Both the position numbers and the translations under genes were made by a program. Shown here piece after piece: positions 24,709 to 37,524 of a stretch of 64,000 bases of DNA (its first letter is position 1; every line of letters starts with the position of its first letter). The DNA is from Chiloscyllium plagiosum (Eukaryota), in the NCBI RefSeq assembly GCF_004010195.1, contig NC_057751.1, forward strand, positions 6,998,133-7,062,132, given 5' to 3'. The notes below the pieces were generated by a model. That model had not been told where the DNA came from, made no database searches, and worked only from the letters and a program-made list of their open reading frames with translations.

Positions 24709-25584
24709 TGCTGAAAGTTGGGCTACTTGACTTGACGAGAAATACATTCACTCACCGGATTTGAGAGACTTTGGAACTGTGTTCAAAATAAGTTGAACTG
24801 AAGGCTCTCATTTACCTGTTCTCTCATTCCTGTCCTGAGACAGACTCCTGGTAAATCTGCTCACTTCTCTTGGCTCTCATTTCTATTCTGTAACAAGACA
24901 CCCATTGACCCACTCCCTGGAGGGGAAGATGGTGGGAGGCTACAGCACTCTTTGTCATCACCGTGTCCCTTCATTGGCACTCGGCACCTTCATGCCATCC
25001 GAGGAGGTGCCATTGATGACAATGTTCATCCACCACACACATCCTTCTTGAGTGCTCTTCCTTTTCTCTGGATCCTGGGGCATAAACTACCCACTGTTTG
25101 CACCAGGAAAGTACCCTCTCCACCAGCACTCACCACACAAGAGTCTGGCCACAGCCCCAGTTTCACATTTTCATTGGTTGCTGGGCAATTGCAGCTAATC
25201 GAGAGATGTTAATGGGAAGTGGAAAACTGCACTTCACTTGCTGCTGGAGAAATGTCAGCCTCGTTGAAATCCATTGTACTGAAGGAGGCCACTCTGCCCA
25301 GACTGCTCTCAGGAACCTGTCTGTTAAGCTCCACGCCCCTTCTTCTATGTTGTTTGCAATTTCTTTTTTCCCACTACAGTAAGACTGAGAGTGATTGCTA
25401 CGTTTTACTAAAGGCACCACATGCCACACTTTCTTTCACGAAGCACACATTCACTGCAAAGGAGTGTCTTCTCAAAAACACAATGGGAGAACCACAATAA
25501 TGAATGGAAAACATATAAAAGGGAAATTCCGAAGAGAAGTTACAAATGAATGCTGAAGTATGACTTTGTATAATAGGTGTAAAT

Positions 25585-26375
25585 GCATAAGACCAGAAGA
25601 TATAACTGCAAATGGAGGCCATTTGCCTCATCCAATTTGTTCTGCCATTTGATCTTGGCTGATAGCTTTCACAACCCCATTCGCCTGACTTCTGTCCATA
25701 ACCCTTGAAGCCCTTACTCATCAAGAACCTATCTGTCTCTGTCTTAATGACTTGGACTCCACTGCCTTCTGAGGCAATGTGTTCCAGAGCATCACCACCC
25801 TCTGGCTGAGGAAATTCCTCCTCATCTCAGTTCTAAAGGGTCTTCCCTTCACTCTGACGCTGTGTCCTGAGGTGTTGGCCTCTCCCACTTGTGAAAACAT
25901 CTTCTACACATCCACTTCAGGTCCTCTTAGTATTCTGTCAGTTTCACTGAGATCCCCCCTCATCCTTCTAAGCTCCATTGAGTACGGACCCAGAGTCCTT
26001 AACTGCTTGTCCTATGACAAGCCCTTCATTACCAGGATCATCCTTGTCAACCTCCTCTGGACCCCTTTCAAGGCTAGCACCTCCTTCCAGAACTGCTCAC
26101 AATATTCCAAGTCTGGCCTGACCAGAGTCTTATACAGAGTCTAGATGTGAGTGGTGTTGGAAAAGCACAACAGGTCAGGCAGCATGTGAGGGAAAATCGA
26201 CATTTCGGGCAAAAACCCTTCATCAGGAATGTCGATTTTCCTGCTCCTTGGATGCTGCCTGACCTGCTGTGCTTTTCCAGCACCACTGTAATCTAGACTC
26301 TGATCTCCAGCATCAGCAGTCCTCACTTTCGCCAGAGTCTTATACAGCCTCAGCAGTACATCTCCGCTCTTGTAA
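25585..26375 (-). mobile_element. CR1-clade LINE 3' part, interrupted by a mini-element
   Basis: YKSGDVLLRLYKTL|VRPDLEYCEQFW and a CR1 3' UTR ending cataagaccagaag. Confidence 0.88.
26138..26331. mobile_element. Palindromic hammerhead-bearing mini-element (family B), 16-bp TSD
   Basis: CCAGAGTCTTATACAG at 26122-26137 and 26332-26347. Inverted arms. Minus-strand ATTC-CTGATGA-A-GGGT-TTTT-GCCC-GAAA-TG-TC/GATT at about 26195-26230. Confidence 0.88.
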
Positions 26376-26769
26376 TCATTGTTTATTGGTTCAAGTGGCA
26401 AAGTTTAAAAGAATAATAGGACAGTGAGTGGCCTTGAGGTTATTTTATTGGACAAATAATCAAGAAATAGGAGTTTAAATACAAATTGTGGCTGGAGAGA
26501 AATTTAAATTCAATAAATTAAGTGTCCCTGGAGAAATAATCTTGTATCAGCAATATGGGCCATGTAACTCCAGGATTATTTTAAAGACCCAACTCATTCT
26601 CTCCTGTCCTTTTACAAAGAAAATTTGCTCTCCTCACCCACTCAAGCACACCTATTCTTAATCTGCCTTCTGCAATGGCTTAGTAAACTGGAGAAAAACA
26701 TAAACTGTTGAGAAACTCAGCATGGTCTGGCAGCATCTGAAGAGAGAGAAAAACAGAGTCGCCTCAAGG

Positions 26770-27700
26770 AGCAAATTACTGCAGATGATGGAATTTGTAT
26801 TGAAAACAGCATAGGCTGGAGATCACAGCAGACAAGCGGGAGGCTAGAAGAATGCAACAAGCCAGGCAGCATCCATGTAGAAAGAGCAAGCTAACATATC
26901 GAGTCTCGATGACTCTTCATCAGAGCTGAAATGAAGTTTGGAGGGGGTGGCTTTTATGCAATAGTGTGGGAGAGTTGAGTGGTGTGCAGGTAGTGGGTGC
27001 AGAGTGCTAGCGGAGAAGAGATATTAATAGTTCAGATTTAGTGATTGGAATGTGAGAATGGCAGAGCAATGGTGTGTCTAACCGCCAGACTTGAAAGAGA
27101 AGACAGTCCCACTGGGGTGGGGGGAGGGGAGAGAGGACATGGTGACAGGGAATGTAATAAGTAAAGCTAAAAGAAAGAAATGGGAGTTGGTTCACAATCT
27201 GAAGGTGTTGAATCCAATATTAAGTCACAGAGTCGTAGAGCGATACAGCAGGTAACAGACCCTTCGGTCCAACCCGTCCATGCCGACCAGATATCCTAAG
27301 TTAATATAGTCCCATTTGCTAGCACTTGGCCCATATTGCTCTCTAAACTGTTGCTATTCATGTACCCATCCAGATGCCTTTTAAATGTTGGAATTGAACC
27401 AGCCTTCACCACTCCCCCCGGCAGTTCATTCCATACACTCACGATCCTATGCTTGAAAACGTTGCCCCTGAGGTCCCTTTTAAATCTTTCCCTTCTCACC
27501 CTAAACCTCTGCCCTCTAGTTCTGGACTCCCCCATCCCAGGGACAAGACCTGTCTATTTACCCAGTCCATGCCCCTCATGATTCCAGAAGGCCATAAGCT
27601 GCCTAGTCTGAAGATGAGATGTTGCCCCTTGCGTTTATGCTGTGATTCACTGGAGCACTGCAGCGTGCTGATGACAGACACATGGGCATGCAAGCAGAGT
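26770..27700 (-). mobile_element. Penelope-like element (family B) 3' fragment, split by a CR1 3' end (27226-27583, minus)
   Basis: QCSSESQHKRKGQHLIFRLGSLWPSG|LNIGFNTFRL rejoins across the CR1. Minus-strand hammerhead GCT-CTGATGA-A-GAGTC-ATCGA-GACTC-GATATGTT-AGC at about 26889-26926. Confidence 0.82.
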
Positions 27701-29462
27701 TACCTCTGCTCATTTATGAATCTTCTTCAGAACTGTACAGTACCAAATTCCAAATAAATCATCATCGATTGGAAAGATTAACTGAGTTTATCTTTTCACA
27801 GATGCTCCCAGACCTGCTGAGTGTCAGCAGCACTTTTGGTTTTTATTTCAAATTTCCACCATCTGTCGTGCTTTGCTTACATTTCCACAAGACACTGAAG
27901 TGTATCAAAAGATATAAGCATGATTTTTTAAAAAAGTGGTTCAGTAATTTTTGAAAGGTTAAGGCAAGAGGGGTAATAAACGCTTCCCTTGCCAGCAACA
28001 TGCACATTCAATTCATGAATTTTTTAAAAAACGTGTTGATCTCTGATCCTTGCTCCTTCCACTGAGTTCAGTTCTAAAGTCTGTCATTAGCACCCCGACT
28101 CGTTAAGACTCAAATCAGACTTTCTCATCTGCATGAGCTCCGTTTCTAATTTTATTAAGATCCCTTAGCAAAAAAAAACAGCTGAGCCCTTTACAAGTTG
28201 AATCAAAGCCAACGTTGCCATTTAGAATGTGCCAGATATTTTGTCTTAAATCTCTCTTTGTTAATCATTTGATCATAATCTTTAAAGTGTATTCAGAGAG
28301 GAGCTTGCATCTGTTGAGTTATTGAATTAGTGGAACGCTTTTTGCAATCAAGATTTATTGTTGAAACATTGGGGGATAGATCTTCTCTCTCAAGGTGTGC
28401 TAATTTTAAGGAATTTTAGCTTTAATTCAAGATATAATTAGGTTGTCTGGATTTATTCTGTGCAGAAGCAAGAATCCAATGCAGTCAGCACTCTGCAAAC
28501 CCTCCTCGTGGAGCAAGTGCAATGTTCATCCTTATCATAATCAAAGTCGAAAGGAAAAGGAGGAAGCTAAATGGCCAGTTACCTCAAGTCTGTTCTGCCA
28601 TTCATTGACATCGTACATAGTCTCTATTGAAACTCTATATTCTTGCCCGAGTCACATATCCATTAAAATCTGTCGATGTCAGCTTGAGATGGTATGTTGT
28701 ACCTGACTCCCTGATCTATAAAAGCTGCAACAGCGGAAAGCAGCTCTGACTTGGCCACTTGAAAATGTCAATTGGCAACTTAGCAAGGATCAATCTGTCA
28801 ATATTCATACCACTGCCGGTGGGGCATGGCAGAAGGTAGACTTTGGTCGCTCCCTTCCCACATCATTTTGCCAGCCTTCTTGCCTCACAGCCTGCCCTCA
28901 AAGAACCAGGAAAATTCTTATCTCTGCATCTTATACTGAGATATCCTCTGTGATGCATTGGCAGGTTGCTGTTTTTGGACATGCTGCGTAGACCATTCAA
29001 TCATTCACAAACATTGACATTTGTAGAATCAGTTGCGTGAAAAAGCTTGCTGATTTTTCTTTTGTCCTCTAAATGTTAATGTTTGTAAAAATCTAACAAA
29101 TTAGATCAATGTCTGCCCCCCAGCATCTGGTATTTATAAATATGGAAAATATTTTCACCAAGTATACATGGTTGTGCCAACATGTGTCAATGAAAGCCCT
29201 TCTTACAATTTGTAGAATACATATCATTATTAAGAGAAATCATGTTTGTGGCTAATGATTTGCTGATGCCAATTTATAGCTCAATCAATTCAACTGGCCT
29301 TCACATAATTGCATAAATTTGAACAGAATTCACAGGACATTTAGCTGACTGGTCCATGCCAGCGTTTATGCTCCATCTGAGCTTCACTAGCCTTAATTCA
29401 TCAAATCCCATCTGTACTCGTTGAGCTTCCCACGAAAGTTATTGATGTTATTTGTCTGAATA

Positions 29463-29790
29463 ACAGTGGTTAGCACTGTTGCCTCACAGCGCCAGGGACC
29501 CAGGTTCACTTCCAGCCTCAGACAACATGAAGTTTGCGCATTCTCCCCATGTCTGCGTGGGTTTCCTCCGGGTGCTCCGATTTCCTCCCACAATCCAAAG
29601 ATGAGCAAGTGAGATGGATTGGCCATGCTCAACTGTCCATCATATCCAGGGACGTGACGGCTAGGTAGATTAGCCATGGGAAATGCAGAGTTAGGGTAAT
29701 GGGGCTGTGTATGGGTGGGATGCTCTTCGGAGGGGTTGGTGTAGTCTCAATGGGTCTAATGGCCTGCTTCCACACTATCAGGATTCTTTA
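29463..29790 (+). mobile_element. HE1-type V-SINE (diverged)
   Basis: cagtggttagcactgttgcctcacagcgccagggacccaggttc head, V-domain and tail. Confidence 0.88.
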
Positions 29791-30332
29791 ATTCAACATC
29801 TTGCCCACCGAAAATTCCACACTTGAGCTATGCCCTGGCTAAATAAAAAGTTCTATAGTTGAATTTACGAGTGATTGTCACAGATATGTGACTCTTTGTT
29901 TTGGTCTCCTCCACACCTCAAAACAATTGAACATCTGCCCTCTTGAACTTTTTCATACTCTTAAGCATCTCAGTCAGGTCACTGCTCTGAATCTCTTTCA
30001 TGGAGAAAAGAGCTGGTGCTTTTTCAGTTTTTCCAGACTGGAATAGCCTCTCAGGTTGGTCTCGTCCTTCCAAATGTCTTTTGGACTTCCTCCAGCATCT
30101 TTTATTTTTGACCATGCCCACTACAGTTTTAATTGGCTATTGTGAAAAATAAACAGATGAAATAATTAATGTCGGGTCATGGCAACTTCTCGATAATTGT
30201 CACCGGTCATAAATATTGTTGTGTCGACAGCATCACAAAAGAAGAGGGCATGCTGTCTCACCTGACTTTTCTGTAAGTGAGATTCCTTAAAAATGAAACC
30301 TGTTTCTGCTTCTTCCTTCCATTCATTCGTAG

Positions 30333-30497
30333 TGGATGGTGCCTGGGAGCCCTGGAACGTGTGGTCACCCTGCTCCTCCGAGTGTGAACACCAAAGAGTC
30401 CGTGCATGCGTGGCTCCTGAACCGAGGTATGGCGGAAAATTCTGCGAGGGGCTGAGCCAGGAGTCTAAGAACTGCACCGAGGGACTCTGCATTCAAA
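30333..30497 (+). CDS. UNC5D: UNC5D-type exon, thrombospondin type-1 repeat 2 (165 bp, phase 1 to 1)
   Basis: Acceptor cattcattcgtag|TG and donor CAAA|gtatgt. Translates (V)[54 protein letters not shown]. GLSQESxNCT is as recalled for UNC5D. Confidence 0.97.
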
Positions 30498-30877
30498 GTA
30501 TGTAGTGCCATCGCAGTATTTCGTCAAACAACGGGAAACTAAAACCCACTTATGTTTGTTGATTTAAAGGCAGCCTGTTGTGACTGTTTTCAACACAGCG
30601 TTGGTTTTTTACAGACATAAGTTATCTCAGGATCAAAGATGACTCTGAGAAAATGAGTTGCCAAGTCTTACAGTTAAAAGAACAGGAAGCTCCAGCATTC
30701 AAGTGCAGTGACAAACCTTAATCCAATTCATGTTTCTCACATACTTGATGTGTTGCACTGAGAAATCCAAATAATTTTGTATCCTAATTGTCACTTGGTA
30801 AATCAACATTTGCTTTTATTCCAGAAAGCAGTAGCCATTGCACCTAGACATGGGTCTTGATTGGAAATGCTTTACAG

Positions 30878-31222
30878 AGGGAGGCACATTGGCCTAATGG
30901 TTAGCACTGCTGCCTCACGGCGCCAAGGGCACAGGTTTGATTCCACTCTCGGGTCACTGCCAGGAGTTTGCACATGCCTGTGTAGGTTTCCTGTGAGAGT
31001 TCTGGTTTTCTCCCAGGTCCAAAGATGTGGAGAATCGGTGGATTGGCCATGCTAAATTGCCAGTAGTGTCCCCAGATGTGCAGTCTAGATGGATTAGCCA
31101 TGGGAAGTGCAGGCTTGTTGGGTTGGCAGGGGGGTGGTTTCTGGTTGGGATGCACTTCAGAGGTGCGGGGTGGACTCAATGGGCCGAATGGCCTGCTTCC
31201 ACACTGTGTGGGGATTCTATGA
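30878..31222 (+). mobile_element. HE1-type V-SINE (diverged)
   Basis: tggttagcactgctgcctcac head, gattggccatgctaaattgc and tail ggcctgcttccacactgt..ggattctatg. Confidence 0.85.
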
Positions 31223-31679
31223 TGGGATTGGGCAACATAAAGAAAGAGTATTATTTCCTTCACTTGAATTTTCTGAATTTTGAGTAATCCAGTTCCCCTT
31301 CACACCCTTTCTATTTCTCTTCTGCACTGTCACATTCTTCACACCTGCATTAAATTTGGATTTACTTTTAGTTTCAGAAACTGAAATTTTCAACAAAAAA
31401 TTAATCTCATGAAAAATCTAAGCTTTTCCAATTTTTTCTCAAAGGTTCTTCACTTCTTCAAGGATATAGGGATAACACAGATTGCAGCACACTCTGTGTT
31501 ACAAACATGTTGGTCATCATCTGTGTGCTGCTCAGGATCTGTTAATTGTTTAAACTCCTTGTACTTTATTATTGTGTCTGCCTCCTCTTCTGTTTTTGCA
31601 TATGTCAACATCATCCAATCCAATGTAAAAGAAATCCCAAGTTTTTTAAAGGCATCTGAACTGTACAAGGATCATAAAA

Positions 31680-32925
31680 GGCTCCTAGGGACCAGAAAGA
31701 GGACAAAAATGTGGAAGCAGAGGCCATGACTGAGATAGTAAATGAATATTGTATGTCTGTCTTGACCAAGGCTGAAGGTGCTGCCAAAGTCACAGTGAAA
31801 GAAGAGAAATCTGAGTCTCTAGCTTGATGGAATATTGACAAATGAAGAAATTAGAAGGGTTGTTTGTACCTAAAGTTGATAATTGATTCAGGCTGGATGA
31901 GATGCAGCCATGATAAGAGAGGGAGGTAAGGGTGGAAAAGAATGGAGGCAGTGGTGACATTTTTCAGTCCTCCTTAGATATATGGTGGTGCCAGAGAGCT
32001 AGACAACTGCAACTGTTATTCAAGAAAATTTGTGTAAAGGATGAGTCCAGCAGCTACAGATCAGTCAAATTAATCTCAGTTGTGGGAATGCTTTCAAAAG
32101 TGATCATTTGGGGTGGAAAAATTAACACTAACGTGGACAATTTCCACTCCATTAAGGAAAGCAGATAGATTTGTTGAGGACAACTTGTGTTGATCTATTA
32201 TGATTGAGATTGTTGAGGTCACAGAGGGTTGACTAAAGCTGAGTGTGGTATGTGTAGAGTTCCAAAATGCATTTCATTCATGCCAAGCATGTTGCTGACC
32301 GTGGAACAAAAAGGACAGTGAATAACATGGCTATGAAGCCTACTGGATGACAGGAGACAGAGAGTAGTGGCGACCATTTCTTTTTGGAGGAGAGTATAAA
32401 GTTATATCTGCCAAGGGTTGGGTATTCATACTACTGCCTCCCTAGGTCTGTTTTAAGGGTAACAAACTTGCAAGATACACAGTTTTCAACACTTGCAGTT
32501 AACACAAAACGTGGAAGTATTGAGAACTGTGAAGAAATACAGTGGACTCAAAGAAACAATCTGATTGAATCGGCAATTGTGGCAATGCAATTTAATGCAG
32601 CCAAGTGTGAAGTGATACATTTCAGAGAAAGAACAAGGAGAGGAAATACAGAATCAAGATCTAACACTGTGAAGGTTTTTGAAGCAGAGATACGTGAGGG
32701 ATGTATGCGCAAGTTGTTGAAGGTAGGAGGTAAAATTGAGAAAGTTGTTAACAAGCCAATGAGATCCTAGGTTTTATAAATAACTTGCTACAGTACAAGA
32801 GTACAATACTTCTGTGAAGCACAGGTTCAGCCTCAAGTTGGGTATTGTGTCTAAGTTTGGGTGTTACACACTGAGAAGGATGTGAATCATTAAAGAGGTT
32901 GCAGAACAGATGTAATAGAGAGATC
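31680..32925 (+). mobile_element. Old, heavily decayed CR1 ORF2 fragment
   Basis: LLFKK...SSYRSVKLISVVGML, MQFNAAKCEVIHF and LKVGGKIEKVVNK. Confidence 0.7.
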
Positions 32926-33114
32926 CAGGAACACACACCGGTCTGACTGGAAGAAATGTCCAGGATTTTGACCCAGCAACAGTGAAGAAACGGTGATTCT
33001 GTCTCAAGTAGGATGCTGTGTGGCTTGGAGGGGACCTTTTACTCGGTGGTGCTCCCATGCATTTGCTGCCCTTGTCCTTCTCAGTGGGAAATGTTGCAGG
33101 TTTTAAAGGAAGCT

Positions 33115-33303
33115 TACCGGATTTTGAGAAGATTTGTAGCTCAGGTTGAGGTTCTGGATGTAGGTTTGCTCGCTGAGCTGGAAGGTTCATTTCCAGACAT
33201 TTTGCCACCCTACGAGGTAACATCTTCAGTGGGCCTCCGGGCGAAGCACTGCTGATGATTCCTGCTTTCTATTTATATGTTTATAAGTAAAGAAACTCAA
33301 ACA
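33115..33303 (-). mobile_element. Solo pseudo-LTR of Penelope family A, 13-bp TSD, inserted in an L2-like element
   Basis: Homologous to 6778-6900 and 59250-59410. TTTAAAGGAAGCT at 33102-33114 and 33304-33316. Hammerhead remnant CCA-CTGAAGA-TGTTACC-TCGTAG-GGTGGC-AAAATGTC-TGG. Confidence 0.85.
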
Positions 33304-35100
33304 TTTAAAGGAAGCTGTTGAAGGGAGCCTCAGTGCAACCTGTAGATGGTACACACTACTGCTTCTGTGTGTCGGTAGTGGAAGTAGTGAATGTTGAAGG
33401 TGGTGGATAGGATGCCAGTCAAGCGAGCTGCTTTGCCCTAGATGTTATTCTTGACTGTTGTTGGAGCTCAACTTATTCAGACTTGTGGAGAATATTTTAT
33501 CACCCTCCTGACTTGTGCTTTGTTGATGGCAAACAGGGTTTGGGGAGTCACTAAGTGAGTTATTTTCTTCAGAATCCCTGACCTCTGCCTACACTGTTGT
33601 GTAGGCTGGCCCAGTTCTGTGTTGGTAGTGGGAGATTCCAAGATGGTAGTGCCATTGAAGGTCAAGGATAGATGATTAAGTACCGTTCTGTTGGAAATGG
33701 TGTTGCCTGGTAATGGTCCCCTGCTCAAATAAGTCCAACAGCAAGCTGAGGAGAAGCTTCTTTGATGAGACTGAATGTGACTGGAATGGAGAGCTTATAT
33801 TTGATCTGTCTGTTATGGGATCATTTAGCTCCAACACATTCTGATTCTGTCGCAAGAGCAGGTCAGAAAGTAGGACTTCTGTGACAAACAACTCACCTCC
33901 TGACTTCCCATTGCCTGTCTATCACCTACCAGGCACAAGTCAAGGGTGTGATGAAATACCGTGCACTTGCCTGGATGGGTGCAGCTCCAAGAACACTCTA
34001 GAAGTTTAACGCCATCCAGGACAAAGCAGCCCAATGCCACTGTTGCTGGGACAAAGTCTTTGGAACTTTGATAGATATCCCAAGAACTGCAGTGATTGAA
34101 GAAGACAGCTCACCCCGACCTACCACAGGACCTTTAGTGATGGGCAAAAAGTACTGCCCTAGCCTGAAACGATCACCTCCCACAAATTAATAAAACAAAT
34201 CCTAAAAGATGTTCAGACATGGAACTTAGGACCACGGAGAGCAGTTAGACAATGGGCACAAATAACATAAGGGGAAGTAGGTAAGCAAATGAAGGAAGTA
34301 GAAAGGAACGGAAGAATAATCTGATCAGGTCAGAAAAAGAATGGGGATGATGTGGTTATGGTGAATGCACACCATTACTATTCTTTTGGGCTTATTTGGC
34401 AGAATGGCCTGCTTCTGTGCTGGAAACACTTTGTAATAGCATACACGGGTAGCCAGAAAGCCCTGAGAGAAAGATGTCGGGTTGCTAGCCAGACCTCCCT
34501 TATGATAGGACAGACAATTAGACACTGGACTGGATGGGTACAGATGCAGCCAATGGAACAATGGCAAGGAGAGACAGAAAATAAACTTTTTTTTTAAATC
34601 AAAAATTACACCTGCATCCTATTTGCAAAAAAAATAAATTGCTTGTTCTGTCTTTGGTTAGTGTCAGTGATGGAGCTTGCAAGGAGGTATTTTCATTGTC
34701 ACAGCCAGCAGTCAGAATTGTTTGCCTCAAAACGAATTGGCAGCAGCTTGGTTAAGGCTTGCTCTTTGCCACACAATCGTGGGTTCTAAACCACAGTGTG
34801 TCTGACACTTGGCCCGTCCACTTTGTTGAGTTTGCCAGGTTGTCGTTAAGAGTTGCTCGGCAAGACACAGGGGAAATATGAATCCTGTCAATCACACTCC
34901 ATGGTGATGTGCCCCCTACTAACCAATCAGACATGCATTGAAAACTACTGAGAGCATCTGCAGTCCACTTGTGACCCAATCCAGCTGGCAAAATGCTGCA
35001 ACAAAAAAAAACAGTGTAAACAGAAACTGAAATGAAAAACTACATTTGCACACAAAGATTTTGCACGCATACTGTTTACTTGCTCTGTTCGTTTCAACAG

Positions 35101-35133
35101 GCCAGACACCTCTGCAGGAAGTACAGCCTCAAA
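35101..35133 (+). CDS. UNC5D: UNC5D-type 33-nt mini-exon (11 aa, extracellular juxtamembrane linker, phase 1 to 1)
   Basis: Acceptor ttgctctgttcgtttcaacag|GC and strong donor AAA|gtaagt. Translates (S)QTPLQEVQPQ, which aligns to the 11-aa mammalian UNC5D linker as I recall it (DKKPLHEIKPQ). Phase fits both neighbouring exons. Confidence 0.88.
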
Positions 35134-36979
35134 GTAAGTGTTTCTAATTATTCTATTTTCAATTTATTATAAATAATGTTTTCTGATAAGGTAACTGCAG
35201 ATGAGGGAGGTCATGTAAATCCAATTTTGCTCAGTTCCTAAAAATAATCTTAACAGCCTCACATTGGCCATTTCAGGATAATGTCCTCTTGAATCACCTT
35301 TAAGGAATGCTTCGATTGAGTTTATTGTTATCATTTAGCTGAGAGTATGTTTCTATGAATCTTCTCCCAGTCGCCTCCTTTCAAGGTGAGTACGTCCCCG
35401 TATCTCTGGTCTTTCCTCAGAAGTTATTCCTTTGATACAATGGATCAGCTCCAACAAGAAACAACGTTGTATCGTGTCTCTTATATGGAGAGACATCTGC
35501 CAGAACTTTACAGTAATGGGATGTGGCATGCAATAAATCATATTCTGTTTTATATTTTAATACATTCTTCTGTACACCACCTTCATAGTTTGGATATTTG
35601 CCTTGTGTCTTTCAGGGTCAATCATTCCATTTTTCAGACAACCTGCAGTTTGGTCTGATGCTCCCACATCGTGAAGGCATTGCACCCCATTCTGCAATTA
35701 CATATATTGTTCTTTTAAATCAATATATGTTCATTTGTTTCAACTTTTTGGATTTTCACATTTTAAGACACACAAGTGAGAAAGGATAGTCTTTGCCAAA
35801 CTCAAGCTCAAAGGTCAACACACACCATAGGGCATTCTACTCGTTAAAATTAAAATTAACCATACAAGCGCAAGCAGTCACGTGTGCTGCCAGGATGCAT
35901 AACTTCGCATGAGGAGATTGAATTTGTAAAATGTACGTGCCTGATTGTGTACTGCATGTGAGTTTCAGTTTTAACCACATATTGAAATATTCTTTGACCA
36001 TGGTCAGTGATAAGGTGCAGCTGCAGAAGTCAATTGCTTTCTGGCAAAAATTTGGAATTAAACCCCAGAAATGTTCTATAATATAATCTTATATTAAATC
36101 AGACTTCTATTTAAGAGAGGAGTGAACCGATTTAAACACAGTTGTTCAAATAGCAAGAAAAAAAGGACTGAGGTGAATACATTAAACATTGAAGCGTGGA
36201 AATCATTCAGCTTAAAGTTCATGATTAAGTATGCTAATTGTGCGGCTTAGTCAGAAACCTCTGGACATGCCTGCTACCTCGGAACAGTTGTGTTTATCAA
36301 TTTTCCTATTCCGTCTGCTGTTCACGTCCCTGTTTCATGTAAGTTTTATTGTAGAGCCTGCTGAGAGTACAATTATTGACTTTCTTAATACGAGTGTGAG
36401 GACAAGACAACGGGAACTCGGAGCTTTTATTCTAATTCGCACAATTTGTTTTGCTTCCTTTAAAACCTTAACAACGTGAGAACTAGGAGGAGGAATGAAG
36501 AATTTGACCCCTCTTGCCTGGTCTGCTGATCATTGAGATCAGACTGACTTTCTCCCTCTGCTCGACTCTCTTGTGTGGACCCTCTATTCCTTGATTCCCT
36601 TGCTGGATATCAATCCACACCATGATCCATTCAAACGTTCAAGCGGAAAAGCATTGGGAACAAGACTGTTCCACTTATTCTGATTTAGTGATTCTCATTG
36701 TCTGACATAGATTTTAAGTATGTTTGTCAGATATCTTCAAAACGTAAAATGCTTTGCAGGTGCTTAATGGGAGTAAGTGCATGTCAAGCCCAGTCATGGT
36801 TATTACAGTTGTAGAACATGTCACATGGGGATGATCAAAGCCTTGGTTGGAGAGATAGTTTAACAAGATATGCTTAAAGGCAGAGAAATTGTGTTAGGGG
36901 GATCCTATCAATGAAACGAAGATAACTGAAAGATCATCAACATCTTAGCCACTGTCCCCTACACAACCGACATGAATAA

Positions 36980-37192
36980 AAACTGAAAGAACTGCGGATG
37001 CTGTGAATCAGAAATAAAAGCAGAAATTGCTGGAAAAACTCAGCTGGTCTGACAGCATTCGTGAAGACAATTCAGAGTTAACGTTTCGGGTCTGGTTCTG
37101 GGGAAGGGCTACCAGAACCGAAACATTAACTGATTTCTCTTCACAGATGCTGCTAGACCTGCTGAGCTTTTCCAACAATTTCTGTTTTTCTA
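36980..37192. mobile_element. Palindromic PLE-end mini-element (older subfamily) with central decayed hammerhead
   Basis: Inverted arms cagaaattgctggaaaaactcagctggtct and agacctgctgagcttttccaacaatttctg. Centre gttaacgtttcgg...gttCTGGGAAGGG...CCGAAACATTAAC. Confidence 0.75.
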
Positions 37193-37524
37193 ACCTACAT
37201 GAGCTGGATGCTAGCAAAGAAATTAGAATGAATTGTTCTCCAATGCTGCTCTTCTCCCAAGTAATCAAGTTATTTTAAAGAGCAGCATTTTGTGTTCTTC
37301 ATTTTGATTTGGAGACATTTATAGAAGCATTTCCTGAAAATGAAACCAAGAATCTCACGCAGTAGAAGTTGGATTTAACTTGTTTAGACACCCAGCCATT
37401 TTTCAAGGCCACTCAACATGTTCAGTGGGCAGCATCTAAACTGATGAGTTTCTGAAACAACTGCCTCCTCATCAGATCCTTTCAGAGGATGGTCATTTGT
37501 GTTTCTGGTATTGCCTTGACAGAG

